DNA of 64,000 nt from Eledone cirrhosa (lineage: Eukaryota): contig OZ024758.1 in the NCBI GenBank assembly GCA_964016885.1, forward strand, positions 25,916,001-25,980,000. Direction: 5' to 3'. Position 1 is the stretch's first letter. Each line of letters opens with the position of its first letter. Of this stretch, positions 26,901 through 38,993 are shown one piece after another. The translations under genes and the position numbers were made by a program. The notes under the pieces were generated by a model, which ran no database searches, was not told where the DNA came from, and worked only from the letters and a program-made list of their open reading frames with translations.

Positions 26901-29900
26901 TTCTATGGCCTGATACCATTCCTAATACCAACCACTTTACAACATGTACTGGAAGCATGGTTTCTATGGCTAGATACCATTCCTAATGTCAACCACTTTA
27001 CAACATGTACTGGAAGCATGGCTAGATACCATTCCTAATGCCAACCACTTTACAACATGTACTGGAAGCATGGTTTCTATGGCTAGATACCATTCCTAAT
27101 ACCAACCACTTTACAACATGTACTGGAAGCATGGTTTCTATGGCTAGATACCATTCCTAATACCAACCACTTTACAACATGTACTGGAAGCATGGTTTCT
27201 ATGGCTAGATACCATTCCTAATACCAACCACTTTACAACATGTACTGGAAGCATGGTTTCTATGGCCTGATACCATTCCTAATACCAACCACTTTACAAC
27301 ATGTACTGGAAGCATGGTTTCTATGGCTAGATACCATTCCTAATGTCAACCACTTTACAACATGTACTGGAAGCATGGTTTCTATGGCTAGATACCATTC
27401 CTAATGTCAACCACTTTACAACATGTACTGGAAGCATGGCTAGATACCATTCCTAATGCCAACCACTTTACAACATGTACTGGAAGCATGGTTTCTATGG
27501 CCTGATACCATTCCTAATGCCAACCACTTTACAACATGTACTGGAAGCATGGTTTCTATGGCTAGACACCATTCCTAATACCAACCACTTTACAACATGT
27601 ACTGGAAGCATGGTTTCTATGGCTAGATACCATTCCTAATACCAACCACTTTACAACATGTACTGGAAGCATGGTTTCTATGGCTAGATACCATTCCTAA
27701 TGTCAACCACTTTACAACATGTACTGGAAGCATGGTTTCTATGGCTAGATACCATTCCTAATGTCAACCACTTTACAACATGTACTGGAAGCATGGCTAG
27801 ATACCATTCCTAATGCCAACCACTTTACAACATGTACTGGAAGCATGGTTTCTATGGCCTGATACCATTCCTAATGCCAACCACTTTACAACATGTACTG
27901 GAAGCATGGTTTCTATGGCTAGACACCATTCCTAATGCCAACCACTTTACAACATGTACTGGAAGCATGGTTTCTATGGCCTGATACCATTCCTAATACC
28001 AACCACTTTACAACATGTACTGGAAGCATGGTTTCTATGGCTAGATACCATTCCTAATACCAACCACTTTACAACATGTACTGGAAGCATGGTTTCTATG
28101 GCTAGATACCATTCCTAATACCAACCACTTTACAACATGTACTGGAAGCATGGTTTCTATGGCTAGATACCATTCCTAATACCAACCACTTTACAACATG
28201 TACTGGAAGCATGGTTTCTATGGCTAGATACCATTCCTAATGCCAACCACTTTACAACATGTACTGGAAGCATGGTTTCTATGGCTAGATACCATTCCTA
28301 ATACCAACCACTTTACAACATGTACTGGAAGCATGGTTTCTATGGCTAGATACCATTCCTAATACCAACCACTTTACAACATGTACTGGAAGCATGGTTT
28401 CTATGGCTAGATACCATTCCTAATGCCAACCACTTTACAACATGTACTGGAAGCATGGTTTCTATGGCTAGATACCATTCCTAATACCAACCACTTTACA
28501 ACATGTACTGGAAGCATGGTTTCTATGGCTAGATACCATTCCTAATACCAACCACTTTACAACATGTACTGGAAGCATGGTTTCTATGGCTAGATACCAT
28601 TCCTAATACCAACCACTTTACAACATGTACTGGAAGCATTGTTTCTATGGCTAGATACCATTCCTAATGCCAACCACTTTACAACATGTACTGGAAGCAT
28701 GGTTTCTATGGCCTGATACCATTCCTAATGCCAACCACTTTACAACATGTACTGGAAGCATGGTTTCTATGGCTAGACACCATTCCTAATGCCAACCACT
28801 TTACAACATGTACTGGAAGCATGGTTTCTATGGCCTGATACCATTCCTAATACCAACCACTTTACAACATGTACTGGAAGCATGGTTTCTATGGCTAGAT
28901 ACCATTCCTAATACCAACCACTTTACAACATGTACTGGAAGCATGGTTTCTATGGCTAGATACCATTCCTAATACCAACCACTTTACAACATGTACTGGA
29001 AGCATGGTTTCTATGGCTAGACACCATTCCTAATGCCAACCACTTTACAACATGTACTGGAAGCATGGTTTCTATGGCTAGATACCATTCCTAATGCCAA
29101 CCACTTTACAACATGTACTGGAAGCATGGTTTCTATGGCCTGATACCATTCCTAATGCCAACCACTTTACAACATGTACTGGAAGCATGGTTTCTATGGC
29201 TAGACACCATTCCTAATGCCAACCACTTTACAACATGTACTGGAAGCATGGTTTCTATGGCTAGATACCATTCCTAATACCAACCACTTTACAACATGTA
29301 CTGGAAGCATGGTTTCTATGGCTAGATACCATTCCTAATACCAACCACTTTACAACATGTACTGGAAGCATGGTTTCTATGGCTAGATACCATTCCTAAT
29401 ACCAACCACTTTACAACATGTACTGGAAGCATGGTTTCTATGGCTAGATACCATTCCTAATACCAACCACTTTACAACATGTACTGGAAGCATGGTTTCT
29501 ATGGCTAGACACCATTCCTAATGCCAACCACTTTACAACATGTACTGGAAGCATGGTTTCTATGGCCTGATACCATTCCTAATACCAACCACTTTACAAC
29601 ATGTACTGGAAGCATGGTTTCTATGGCCTGATACCATTCCTAATACCAACCACTTTACAACATGTACTGGAAGCATGGTTTCTATGGCTAGATACCATTC
29701 CTAATACCAACCACTTTACAACATGTACTGGAAGCATGGTTTCTATGGCTAGATACCATTCCTAATGTCAACCACTTTACAACATGTACTGGAAGCATGG
29801 TTTCTATGGCTAGATACCATTCCTAATGTCAACCACTTTACAGCATGTACTGGAAGCATGGTTTCTATGGCTAGATACCATTCCTAATACCAACCACTTT

Positions 29901-32900
29901 ACAACATGTACTGGAAGCATGGTTTCTATGGCTAGATACCATTCCTAATACCAACCACTTTACAACATGTACTGGAAGCATGGTTTCTATGGCTAGATAC
30001 CATTCCTAATGTCAACCACTTTACAACATGTACTGGAAGCATGGTTTCTATGGCTAGATACCATTCCTAATGTCAACCACTTTACAGCATGTACTGGAAG
30101 CATGGTTTCTATGGCTAGATACCATTCCTAATACCAACCACTTTACAACATGTACTGGAAGCATGGTTTCTATGGCTAGATACCATTCCTAATGTCAACC
30201 ACTTTACAACATGTACTGGAAGCATGGTTTCTATGGCTAGATACCATTCCTAATGTCAACCACTTTACAGCATGTACTGGAAGCATGGTTTCTATGGCTA
30301 GATACCATTCCTAATACCAACCACTTTACAACATGTACTGGAAGCATGGTTTCTATGGCTAGATACCATTCCTAATACCAACCACTTTACAACATGTACT
30401 GGAAGCATGGTTTCTATGGCTAGATACCATTCCTAATGTCAACCACTTTACAACATGTACTGGAAGCATGGTTTCTATGGCTAGATACCATTCCTAATGT
30501 CAACCACTTTACAGCATGTACTGGAAGCATGGTTTCTATGGCTAGATACCATTCCTAATACCAACCACTTTACAACATGTACTGGAAGCATGGTTTCTAT
30601 GGCTAGATACCATTCCTAATACCAACCACTTTACAACATGTACTGGAAGCATGGTTTCTATGGCTAGATACCATTCCTAATGTCAACCACTTTACAACAT
30701 GTACTGGAAGCATGGTTTCTATGGCTAGATACCATTCCTAATACCAACCACTTTACAGCATGTACTGGAAGCATGGTTTCTATGGCTAGATACCATTCCT
30801 AATACCAACCACTTTACAACATGTACTGGAAGCATGGTTTCTATGGCTAGATACCATTCCTAATACCAACCACTTTACAACATGTACTGGAAGCATGGTT
30901 TCTATGGCTAGATACCATTCCTAATACCAACCACTTTACAGCATGTACTGGAAGCATGGTTTCTATGGCTAGATACCATTCCTAATACCAACCACTTTAC
31001 AACATGTACTGGAAGCATGGTTTCTATGGCTAGATACCATTCCTAATACCAACCACTTTACAACATGTACTGGAAGCATGGTTTCTATGGCTAGATACCA
31101 TTCCTAATGTCAACCACTTTACAACATGTACTGGAAGCATGGTTTCTATGGCTAGATACCATTCCTAATACCAACCACTTTACAACATGTACTGGAAGCA
31201 TGGTTTCTATGGCTAGATACCATTCCTAATGTCAACCACTTTACAACATGTACTGGAAGCATGGTTTCTATGGCTAGATACCATTCCTAATACCAACCAC
31301 TTTACAACATGTACTGGAAGCATGGTTTCTATGGCTAGATACCATTCCTAATGTCAACCACTTTACAACATGTACTGGAAGCATGGTTTCTATGGCTAGA
31401 TACCATTCCTAATGTCAACCACTTTACAACATGTACTGGAAGCATGGTTTCTATGGCTAGATACCATTCCTAATGTCAACCACTTTACAACATGTACTGG
31501 AAGCATGGTTTCTATGGCTAGATACCATTCCTAATACCAACCACTTTACAACATGTACTGGAAGCATGGTTTCTATGGCTAGATACCATTCCTAATACCA
31601 ACCACTTTACAACATGTACTGGAAGCATGGTTTCTATGGCTAGATACCATTCCTAATACCAACCACTTTACAACATGTACTGGAAGCATGGTTTCTATGG
31701 CTAGATACCATTCCTAATGTCAACCACTTTACAACATGTACTGGAAGCATGGTTTCTATGGCTAGATACCATTCCTAATACCAACCACTTTACAACATGT
31801 ACTGGAAGCATGGTTTCTATGGCTAGATACCATTCCTAATACCAACCACTTTACAACATGTACTGGAAGCATGGTTTCTATGGCTAGATACCATTCCTAA
31901 TACCAACCACTTTACAACATGTACTGGAAGCATGGTTTCTATGGCTAGATACCATTCCTAATACCAACCACTTTACAACATGTACTGGAAGCATGGTTTC
32001 TATGGCTAGATACCATTCCTAATACCAACCACTTTACAACATGTACTGGAAGCATGGTTTCTATGGCTAGATACCATTCCTAATACCAACCACTTTACAA
32101 CATGTACTGGAAGCATGGTTTCTATGGCTAGATACCATTCCTAATACCAACCACTTTACAACATGTACTGGAAGCATGGTTTCTATGGCTAGATACCATT
32201 CCTAATACCAACCACTTTACAACATGTACTGGAAGCATGGTTTCTATGGCTAGATACCATTCCTAATACCAACCACTTTACAACATGTACTGGAAGCATG
32301 GTTTCTATGGCTAGATACCATTCCTAATACCAACCACTTTACAACATGTACTGGAAGCATGGTTTCTATGGCTAGATACCATTCCTAATACCAACCACTT
32401 TACAACATGTACTGGAAGCATGGTTTCTATGGCTAGATACCATTCCTAATACCAACCACTTTACAACATGTACTGGAAGCATGGTTTCTATGGCTAGATA
32501 CCATTCCTAATACCAACCACTTTACAACATGTACTGGAAGCATGGTTTCTATGGCTAGATACCATTCCTAATACCAACCACTTTACAACATGTACTGGAA
32601 GCATGGTTTCTATGGCTAGATACCATTCCTAATACCAACCACTTTACAACATGTACTGGAAGCATGGTTTCTATGGCTAGATACCATTCCTAATACCAAC
32701 CACTTTACAACATGTACTGGAAGCATGGTTTCTATGGCTAGATACCATTCCTAATGTCAACCACTTTACAACATGTACTGGAAGCATGGTTTCTATGGCT
32801 AGATACCATTCCTAATACCAACCACTTTACAACATGTACTGGAAGCATGGTTTCTATGGCTAGATACCATTCCTAATACCAACCACTTTACAACATGTAC

Positions 32901-35410
32901 TGGAAGCATGGTTTCTATGGCTAGATACCATTCCTAATACCAACCACTTTACAACATGTACTGGAAGCATGGTTTCTATGGCTAGATACCATTCCTAATA
33001 CCAACCACTTTACAACATGTACTGGAAGCATGGTTTCTATGGCTAGATACCATTCCTAATACCAACCACTTTACAACATGTACTGGAAGCATGGTTTCTA
33101 TGGCTAGATACCATTCCTAATGTCAACCACTTTACAACATGTACTAGAAGCATGGTTTCTATGGCTAGATACCATTCCTAATACCAACCACTTTACAACA
33201 TGTACTGGAAGCATGGTTTCTATGGCCTGATACCATTCCTAATACCAACCACTTTACAACATGTACTGGAAGCATGGTTTCTATGGCTAGATACCATTCC
33301 TAATACCAACCACTTTACAACATGTACTGGAAGCATGGTTTCTATGGCTAGATACCATTCCTAATACCAACCACTTTACAACATGTACTGGAAGCATGGT
33401 TTCTATGGCTAGATACCATTCCTAATGTCAACCACTTTACAACATGTACTGGAAGCATGGTTTCTATGGCTAGATACCATTCCTAATACCAACCACTTTA
33501 CAACATGTACTGGAAGCATGGTTTCTATGGCTAGATACCATTCCTAATGTCAACCACTTTACAACATGTACTGGAAGCATGGTTTCTATGGCTAGATACC
33601 ATTCCTAATACCAACCACTTTACAACATGTACTGGAAGCATGGTTTCTATGGCTAGATACCATTCCTAATGTCAACCACTTTACAACATGTACTGGAAGC
33701 ATGGTTTCTATGGCTAGATACCATTCCTAATGTCAACCACTTTACAACATGTACTGGAAGCATGGTTTCTATGGCTAGATACCATTCCTAATGTCAACCA
33801 CTTTACAACATGTACTGGAAGCATGGTTTCTATGGCTAGATACCATTCCTAATACCAACCACTTTACAACATGTACTGGAAGCATGGTTTCTATGGCTAG
33901 ATACCATTCCTAATACCAACCACTTTACAACATGTACTGGAAGCATGGTTTCTATGGCTAGATACCATTCCTAATACCAACCACTTTACAACATGTACTG
34001 GAAGCATGGTTTCTATGGCTAGATACCATTCCTAATGTCAACCACTTTACAACATGTACTGGAAGCATGGTTTCTATGGCTAGATACCATTCCTAATACC
34101 AACCACTTTACAACATGTACTGGAAGCATGGTTTCTATGGCTAGATACCATTCCTAATACCAACCACTTTACAACATGTACTGGAAGCATGGTTTCTATG
34201 GCTAGATACCATTCCTAATACCAACCACTTTACAACATGTACTGGAAGCATGGTTTCTATGGCTAGATACCATTCCTAATACCAACCACTTTACAACATG
34301 TACTGGAAGCATGGTTTCTATGGCTAGATACCATTCCTAATACCAACCACTTTACAACATGTACTGGAAGCATGGTTTCTATGGCTAGATACCATTCCTA
34401 ATACCAACCACTTTACAACATGTACTGGAAGCATGGTTTCTATGGCTAGATACCATTCCTAATACCAACCACTTTACAACATGTACTGGAAGCATGGTTT
34501 CTATGGCTAGATACCATTCCTAATACCAACCACTTTACAACATGTACTGGAAGCATGGTTTCTATGGCTAGATACCATTCCTAATACCAACCACTTTACA
34601 ACATGTACTGGAAGCATGGTTTCTATGGCTAGATACCATTCCTAATACCAACCACTTTACAACATGTACTGGAAGCATGGTTTCTATGGCTAGATACCAT
34701 TCCTAATACCAACCACTTTACAACATGTACTGGAAGCATGGTTTCTATGGCTAGATACCATTCCTAATACCAACCACTTTACAACATGTACTGGAAGCAT
34801 GGTTTCTATGGCTAGATACCATTCCTAATACCAACCACTTTACAACATGTACTGGAAGCATGGTTTCTATGGCTAGATACCATTCCTAATACCAACCACT
34901 TTACAACATGTACTGGAAGCATGGTTTCTATGGCTAGATACCATTCCTAATACCAACCACTTTACAACATGTACTGGAAGCATGGTTTCTATGGCTAGAT
35001 ACCATTCCTAATACCAACCACTTTACAACATGTACTGGAAGCATGGTTTCTATGGCTAGATACCATTCCTAATGTCAACCACTTTACAACATGTACTGGA
35101 AGCATGGTTTCTATGGCTAGATACCATTCCTAATACCAACCACTTTACAACATGTACTGGAAGCATGGTTTCTATGGCTAGATACCATTCCTAATACCAA
35201 CCACTTTACAACATGTACTGGAAGCATGGTTTCTATGGCTAGATACCATTCCTAATACCAACCACTTTACAACATGTACTGGAAGCATGGTTTCTATGGC
35301 TAGATACCATTCCTAATACCAACCACTTTACAACATGTACTGGAAGCATGGTTTCTATGGCTAGATACCATTCCTAATACCAACCACTTTACAACATGTA
35401 CTGGAAGCAT
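8930..35410. repeat. 61-bp satellite array, ~26.5 kb (roughly 440 monomers), with 48-bp and 52-bp deletion variants
   Basis: Unit catggtttctatggctagataccattcctaataccaaccactttacaacatgtactggaag. The 48-mer lacks acatgtactggaa and the 52-mer lacks gtttctatg. Confidence 0.98.
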
Positions 35411-35964
35411 TTTATTGTGACTCAGGCACTATCACCTTACAGAGTGAACTGGGTGCTTTTCATTGTCACCAGCGCTACCATTTTACAGAGTGGGCTGGGT
35501 GCATTTTTATCATGGCACCATCACTGGGGAGGGGGGGGGGGGGGTATTGAGAGGAGTGTGTGGGTGTTATACCACCATGGGAGAGGACATGACTGGTCAT
35601 GGTAGTTGCCTTGAAGAGAGATAGTTGCGTCTGGACTATAATGTGAGGCATATCTGCCTTTCTATGCTGGCATGGGTTGGACAAGGAAGTGAAGCAATTA
35701 TGTGGATGGGAGTGGTGGGGGGGGGGGGGGGCACATATTTCTTCCATACAGATTGAATGAAACCTATATAAAAAGTGGGATAAATCATGGGGAAAAAACA
35801 GACACTGAATGTGAAAGATCTACAGATAATTGTTTCTACTTTAGGCACAAGGCCAGCAATTACCTAGTGCATTACTGGTACTTTATTTTAGATAATGGGA
35901 TATGGACGTGGTAGAAAGAAACAGACATGATACAAAGTTGTTAAGGAAAATTTACCATTTGTAC

Positions 35965-36155
35965 AGATAATGGTTTCAGATTTAGGCACAAGGCCAGCAA
36001 TTTGGGGGGGGGGGGGATTAATTCGACCCCAGTGCATGACTGGTACTTTATTTTATTGACCCCATAAGGATGAAAGGTAAAGCTAATCTCTGCGGGATAA
36101 CGTAGAGGGTCGTAACTCTATACCACAAAGCAGAATGTCTGATGCTCTACCAATA
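35965..36155 (-). mobile_element. tRNA-derived SINE family B (degenerate)
   Basis: ggcacaaggccagcaattt...ctggtactttattttattgacccc..ggatgaaagg...gatgctctacc. Confidence 0.65.
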
Positions 36156-36286
36156 GACATGGTAGGTAAAAACAAACATGATACAAATAGTTAATGAGTG
36201 CTGGGTGAAAAATGTTCCATTTGTACAGATAATGGGATATGGACATGGTAGAAAGTTATTTTGTAGTTGAAATCATACAAAAGTAT

Positions 36287-36749
36287 TTAACCCATTAGCA
36301 TTTAAATCGGCCATAACTGGCTGCTCATACTTCTGGTAAGGTATTGTTCTCAAAATATATAATATCAAAATCTCATAGATTCAATATTATGTGAGATAAT
36401 TATGTAAAATAAAGTGTTTACCATGAAAATACAATAATAAATGTAGAGTATTGTGTTGTTTCCTTGAGCAAGACACTTTATTTCACATTGCTCCAGTTTA
36501 CTCAGCTGTAGAAATTAAATTAGATGATAGGGACTGGGGTCCCTATCATTCCACTGCAAAGTGGTCGTGGAGGAGCCACAGCAAAAAAGCACCCAGCACT
36601 CACTGTAAATGAGGTTGGTGTTAGGAAGGGTATCGAGCTGTAGAAATCAAGCCAGAATCAGTTCCCGTCCAACCCTTGCAAGCAGGGAAAAGCAGACGTA
36701 AAATGAAATGATGATGATGATGAGAGTAATGTAAATGCTAAATGATTAA
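36287..36749 (+). mobile_element. piggyBac-like MITE interrupted by a SINE
   Basis: Starts TTAAcccattagcattt. The body resumes agagtaatgtaaatgctaaa after the insert. Confidence 0.7.
36453..36722 (+). mobile_element. 5'-truncated SINE family A with TSD (agagta)
   Basis: Core plus tail ending in (ATG)n, with agagta on both sides (36445 and 36723). Confidence 0.8.
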
Positions 36750-36804
36750 ATATTTGAATAAAGATTATTCCTTTCCTTTCAGACTGACAGCTGCTGTAAG
36801 AAAG

Positions 36805-36960
36805 ATGTTGTGCGGACTATTCTTTCTGTTAACAATGGCCATTGCTGAAGACTTATGGCAAGATCTTGTCTTGCCAGAAGATCATCTCCCATATTTCTTT
36901 TATAACAACCCATATCTAGAAGAGAAATGTAAAAATGATGACAAATGCCCTTACAAAAAG
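36805..36960 (+). CDS. EOGT: EGF domain-specific O-GlcNAc transferase, first coding exon (exon starts at about 36783 with a short 5' leader)
   Basis: Acceptor ctttcctttcAG at 36781-82, aaagATG at 36805, donor AAG|gtatgt at 36961. Encodes MLCGLFFLLTMAIAEDLWQDLVLPEDHLPYFFYNNPYLEEKCKNDDKCPYKK, a signal peptide followed by an LPEDHLPYF..NN...C..D..CPYKK motif that matches, from memory, human EOGT LPEEHIPFFLHNN...CRKDSLCPYKK. Confidence 0.92.
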
Positions 36961-36999
36961 GTATGTATATCTAAAATATGAAGTCATTAATTCTTTTCT

Positions 37000-37287
37000 T
37001 TAACCCTTTACCATTTAAACCGGCTGTACTCGGCCAGAATTCTCTCACCTCTTTCTGTTCAAACCGGCTGTAACTGGCCGCTCATACTGATGTTAAGGTA
37101 TTGTTCTCAAAATAAATAATATCAAAATTTCATAGATTCAATATTATGTGAGAAAGTGTTTACTGTGAAAATATTGGGTCTTTAAGTATGAAATTTGTAG
37201 AAATTTGTTTTGTTTTTTTCTACAAATTTCAAACTTGACGACCCAATACAATAGTAAATATAGAGTAATGTAAATACTAAAAGTTAA
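37000..37287 (+). mobile_element. piggyBac-like MITE carrying a nested palindromic mini-MITE
   Basis: Starts TTAAccctttaccattt with the family body, and has an insert at 37172-37248. Confidence 0.7.
37172..37248. mobile_element. ~75-bp palindromic mariner-type mini-MITE (MADE1-like architecture)
   Basis: TA-ttgggtc..aagt.tgaaatttgtagaaa / tttctacaaatttca.actt..gacccaa-TA. Absent from the other copies of the host MITE. Confidence 0.7.
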
Positions 37288-37639
37288 ATATTTTTGTAAC
37301 ATCTACCATGGAAGTAAGTTTCTTGTAAACTAGTTTCAACTCCTTCACTTTAGTCACTTTACTTTTACTACCTATGCTATGGAGCAAACATTTACATAAA
37401 TTTAATTCTCATGACCTACAAATCTGAGTATTTGTCCATATCTACGAAATCTTTTTTTGTTTTTTGTTAAAGATACTAATTCCTGCAGTTGAGTTTTAAA
37501 AAGCTCTTCTATGTAAATGGTATTGTGACATAAGCCTTGTTTCTTTCATAAATGTTAACATTTCATATTATTAAAACCAATTCAGTTTTTTTTTCTCCTG
37601 GAATATAACATGAAAAATTGTAATTTTTATTTATTTATT

Positions 37640-37730
37640 TACCGTATTTCCCGGTGACAAAGACGCTACTTTTTTCCTAAAATAAGTCTCAAAAATCTAC
37701 CATGCGTCCTGGAGGCCGAAGGTTGTTTAT
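37640..37730. mobile_element. Tc1/pogo-like MITE end fragment
   Basis: TAccgtatttcccgg..aaagacgctactttttt..tgcgtc resembles common pogo-type MITE termini. Only one end is seen. Confidence 0.35.
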
Positions 37731-37807
37731 TTCTTCCATGTACTGTGCCATTTGTTTTGTTATTTTTGTTATTACTTTTAAATAAATACACACACATATA
37801 TATATAT

Positions 37808-38390
37808 ATCATCATCATCATCTTCGTTTAAAGTCCATCTTCCACGCTAGCATGGGTTAGACGGAAGTTGCCCCACTTGAGCCAAGGTTGGTCGGGTGAC
37901 CGTGTCTTGCTCGTATAAGACTATCTGGCAGGTTTTCTACGGCTGGATGCCCTTCCTAACACCAACCACATTTACAGTGTGAAACTGGGAACTTTTTACC
38001 GTGTTACCTACACGGCCACATTACAGCGTGGACAGTGTGTGTTTTTTGTCGCGACACCTACACGATCTCGATCTCGATCTCATTAATTTGGACTGGATGT
38101 TGTGGTACCAACTTTACAGAGAGGGGGTGGTGTTGGTGGGAGGATAGGGTAGGGGTAGTGGATTGGGGTGTATATTTGGTTGAGAGGTGCCTACTGACTG
38201 TAGGTTTCACTTTGTACATAGGCAAGGCGGGTCTTCTGTATTACTACCTAGCGCCAAAGATCTCGGTCCAGTGACATTGTCTTAGAGAGGTGCAAGTGTG
38301 TAAGGTCAGAATTTATCAGATCGTCCCAGGTTTTTCTGGGTCTACCTACCCCGTAACTACCATCAATTTTGATCGCCCTGCACTTTTTTT
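37808..38390 (-). mobile_element. 5'-truncated RTE-clade LINE: ORF2 C-terminus plus 3' UTR plus (GAT)n tail
   Basis: The minus strand at 38389-38221 reads KKCRAIKIDGSYGVGRPRKTWDDLINSDLTHLHLSKTMSLDRDLWR*VVIQKTRLA. GRPRKTW...DR..WR is the RTE ORF2 C-terminal motif. The downstream tail is shared with SINE A. Confidence 0.75.
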
Positions 38391-38489
38391 ATGTGTGTGT
38401 GTGTGTGTGTAATTCATGGAGACAACAAACAGAGGTATAGAAAGTTTAATTAGTTTCACGCTTTATATTGGAAAGAGGAAAGAAAGTTT

Positions 38490-38517
38490 GACGTATCGGA
38501 CATAAGTCCTTCTTCAG
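38490..38517 (-). ncRNA. Degenerate minimal hammerhead-ribozyme-like motif (Penelope-type relic)
   Basis: Minus strand CUGAAGA-A-GGAC-UUAU-GUCC-GAUAC-GUC. The canonical core has GAAAC, and stem I is not evident. Confidence 0.4.
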
Positions 38518-38593
38518 GAGTACAAAATAGAGACAGGATCACAATGGAGAAACAAAAAGGTCCAAGTAAAGGAAAAAAAATCGAAAATATGGA

Positions 38594-38925
38594 TCATCAT
38601 CATTTTATGTCCGCTTTTCCCTGCTTGCAAGGGTGGGACGGCAACTGATTCTGGCTTGATTTCTACAGCTGGATGCCCTTCCTAACACCAACCTCATTTA
38701 CAGTGAGTGCTGGGTGCTTTTTTGCTGTGGCACCTCCACGACCACTTTGCAGTGGAATGATAGGGACCCCAGTCCCTATCATCTCATTTCTACAGCTGAG
38801 TAAACTGGAGCAATGTGAAATAAAGTGTCTTGCTCAAGGAAACAACACATCACCCGGTCTGAGAATTGAACTCACAACCTTTCGATTGCAAGCCCAATGC
38901 TCTAACCACTAAGCCATGTGCCTCC
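38594..38925 (-). mobile_element. tRNA-derived SINE family A, full length
   Basis: Near-identical to 5463-5807 and inverted relative to 36453-36722. Confidence 0.8.
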
Positions 38926-38993
38926 ATAATATATATATAGTCGACGTCTGAAAGAAAGGAGTACTCAATACCGGTGTAGAGTTTTAAGATAAA

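Noticed and set aside
8930-35410. CRISPR-like array (hairpin-containing repeats)
   Set aside because: There are no unique spacers, monomers are contiguous, no cas genes are present, and the context is eukaryotic. The same applies to the 40-, 43-, 74- and 81-bp arrays.
36742-36981. 79-aa single-exon ORF
   Set aside because: It is real only at 36805-36960. Its ends are MITE/intron read-through across the splice sites.
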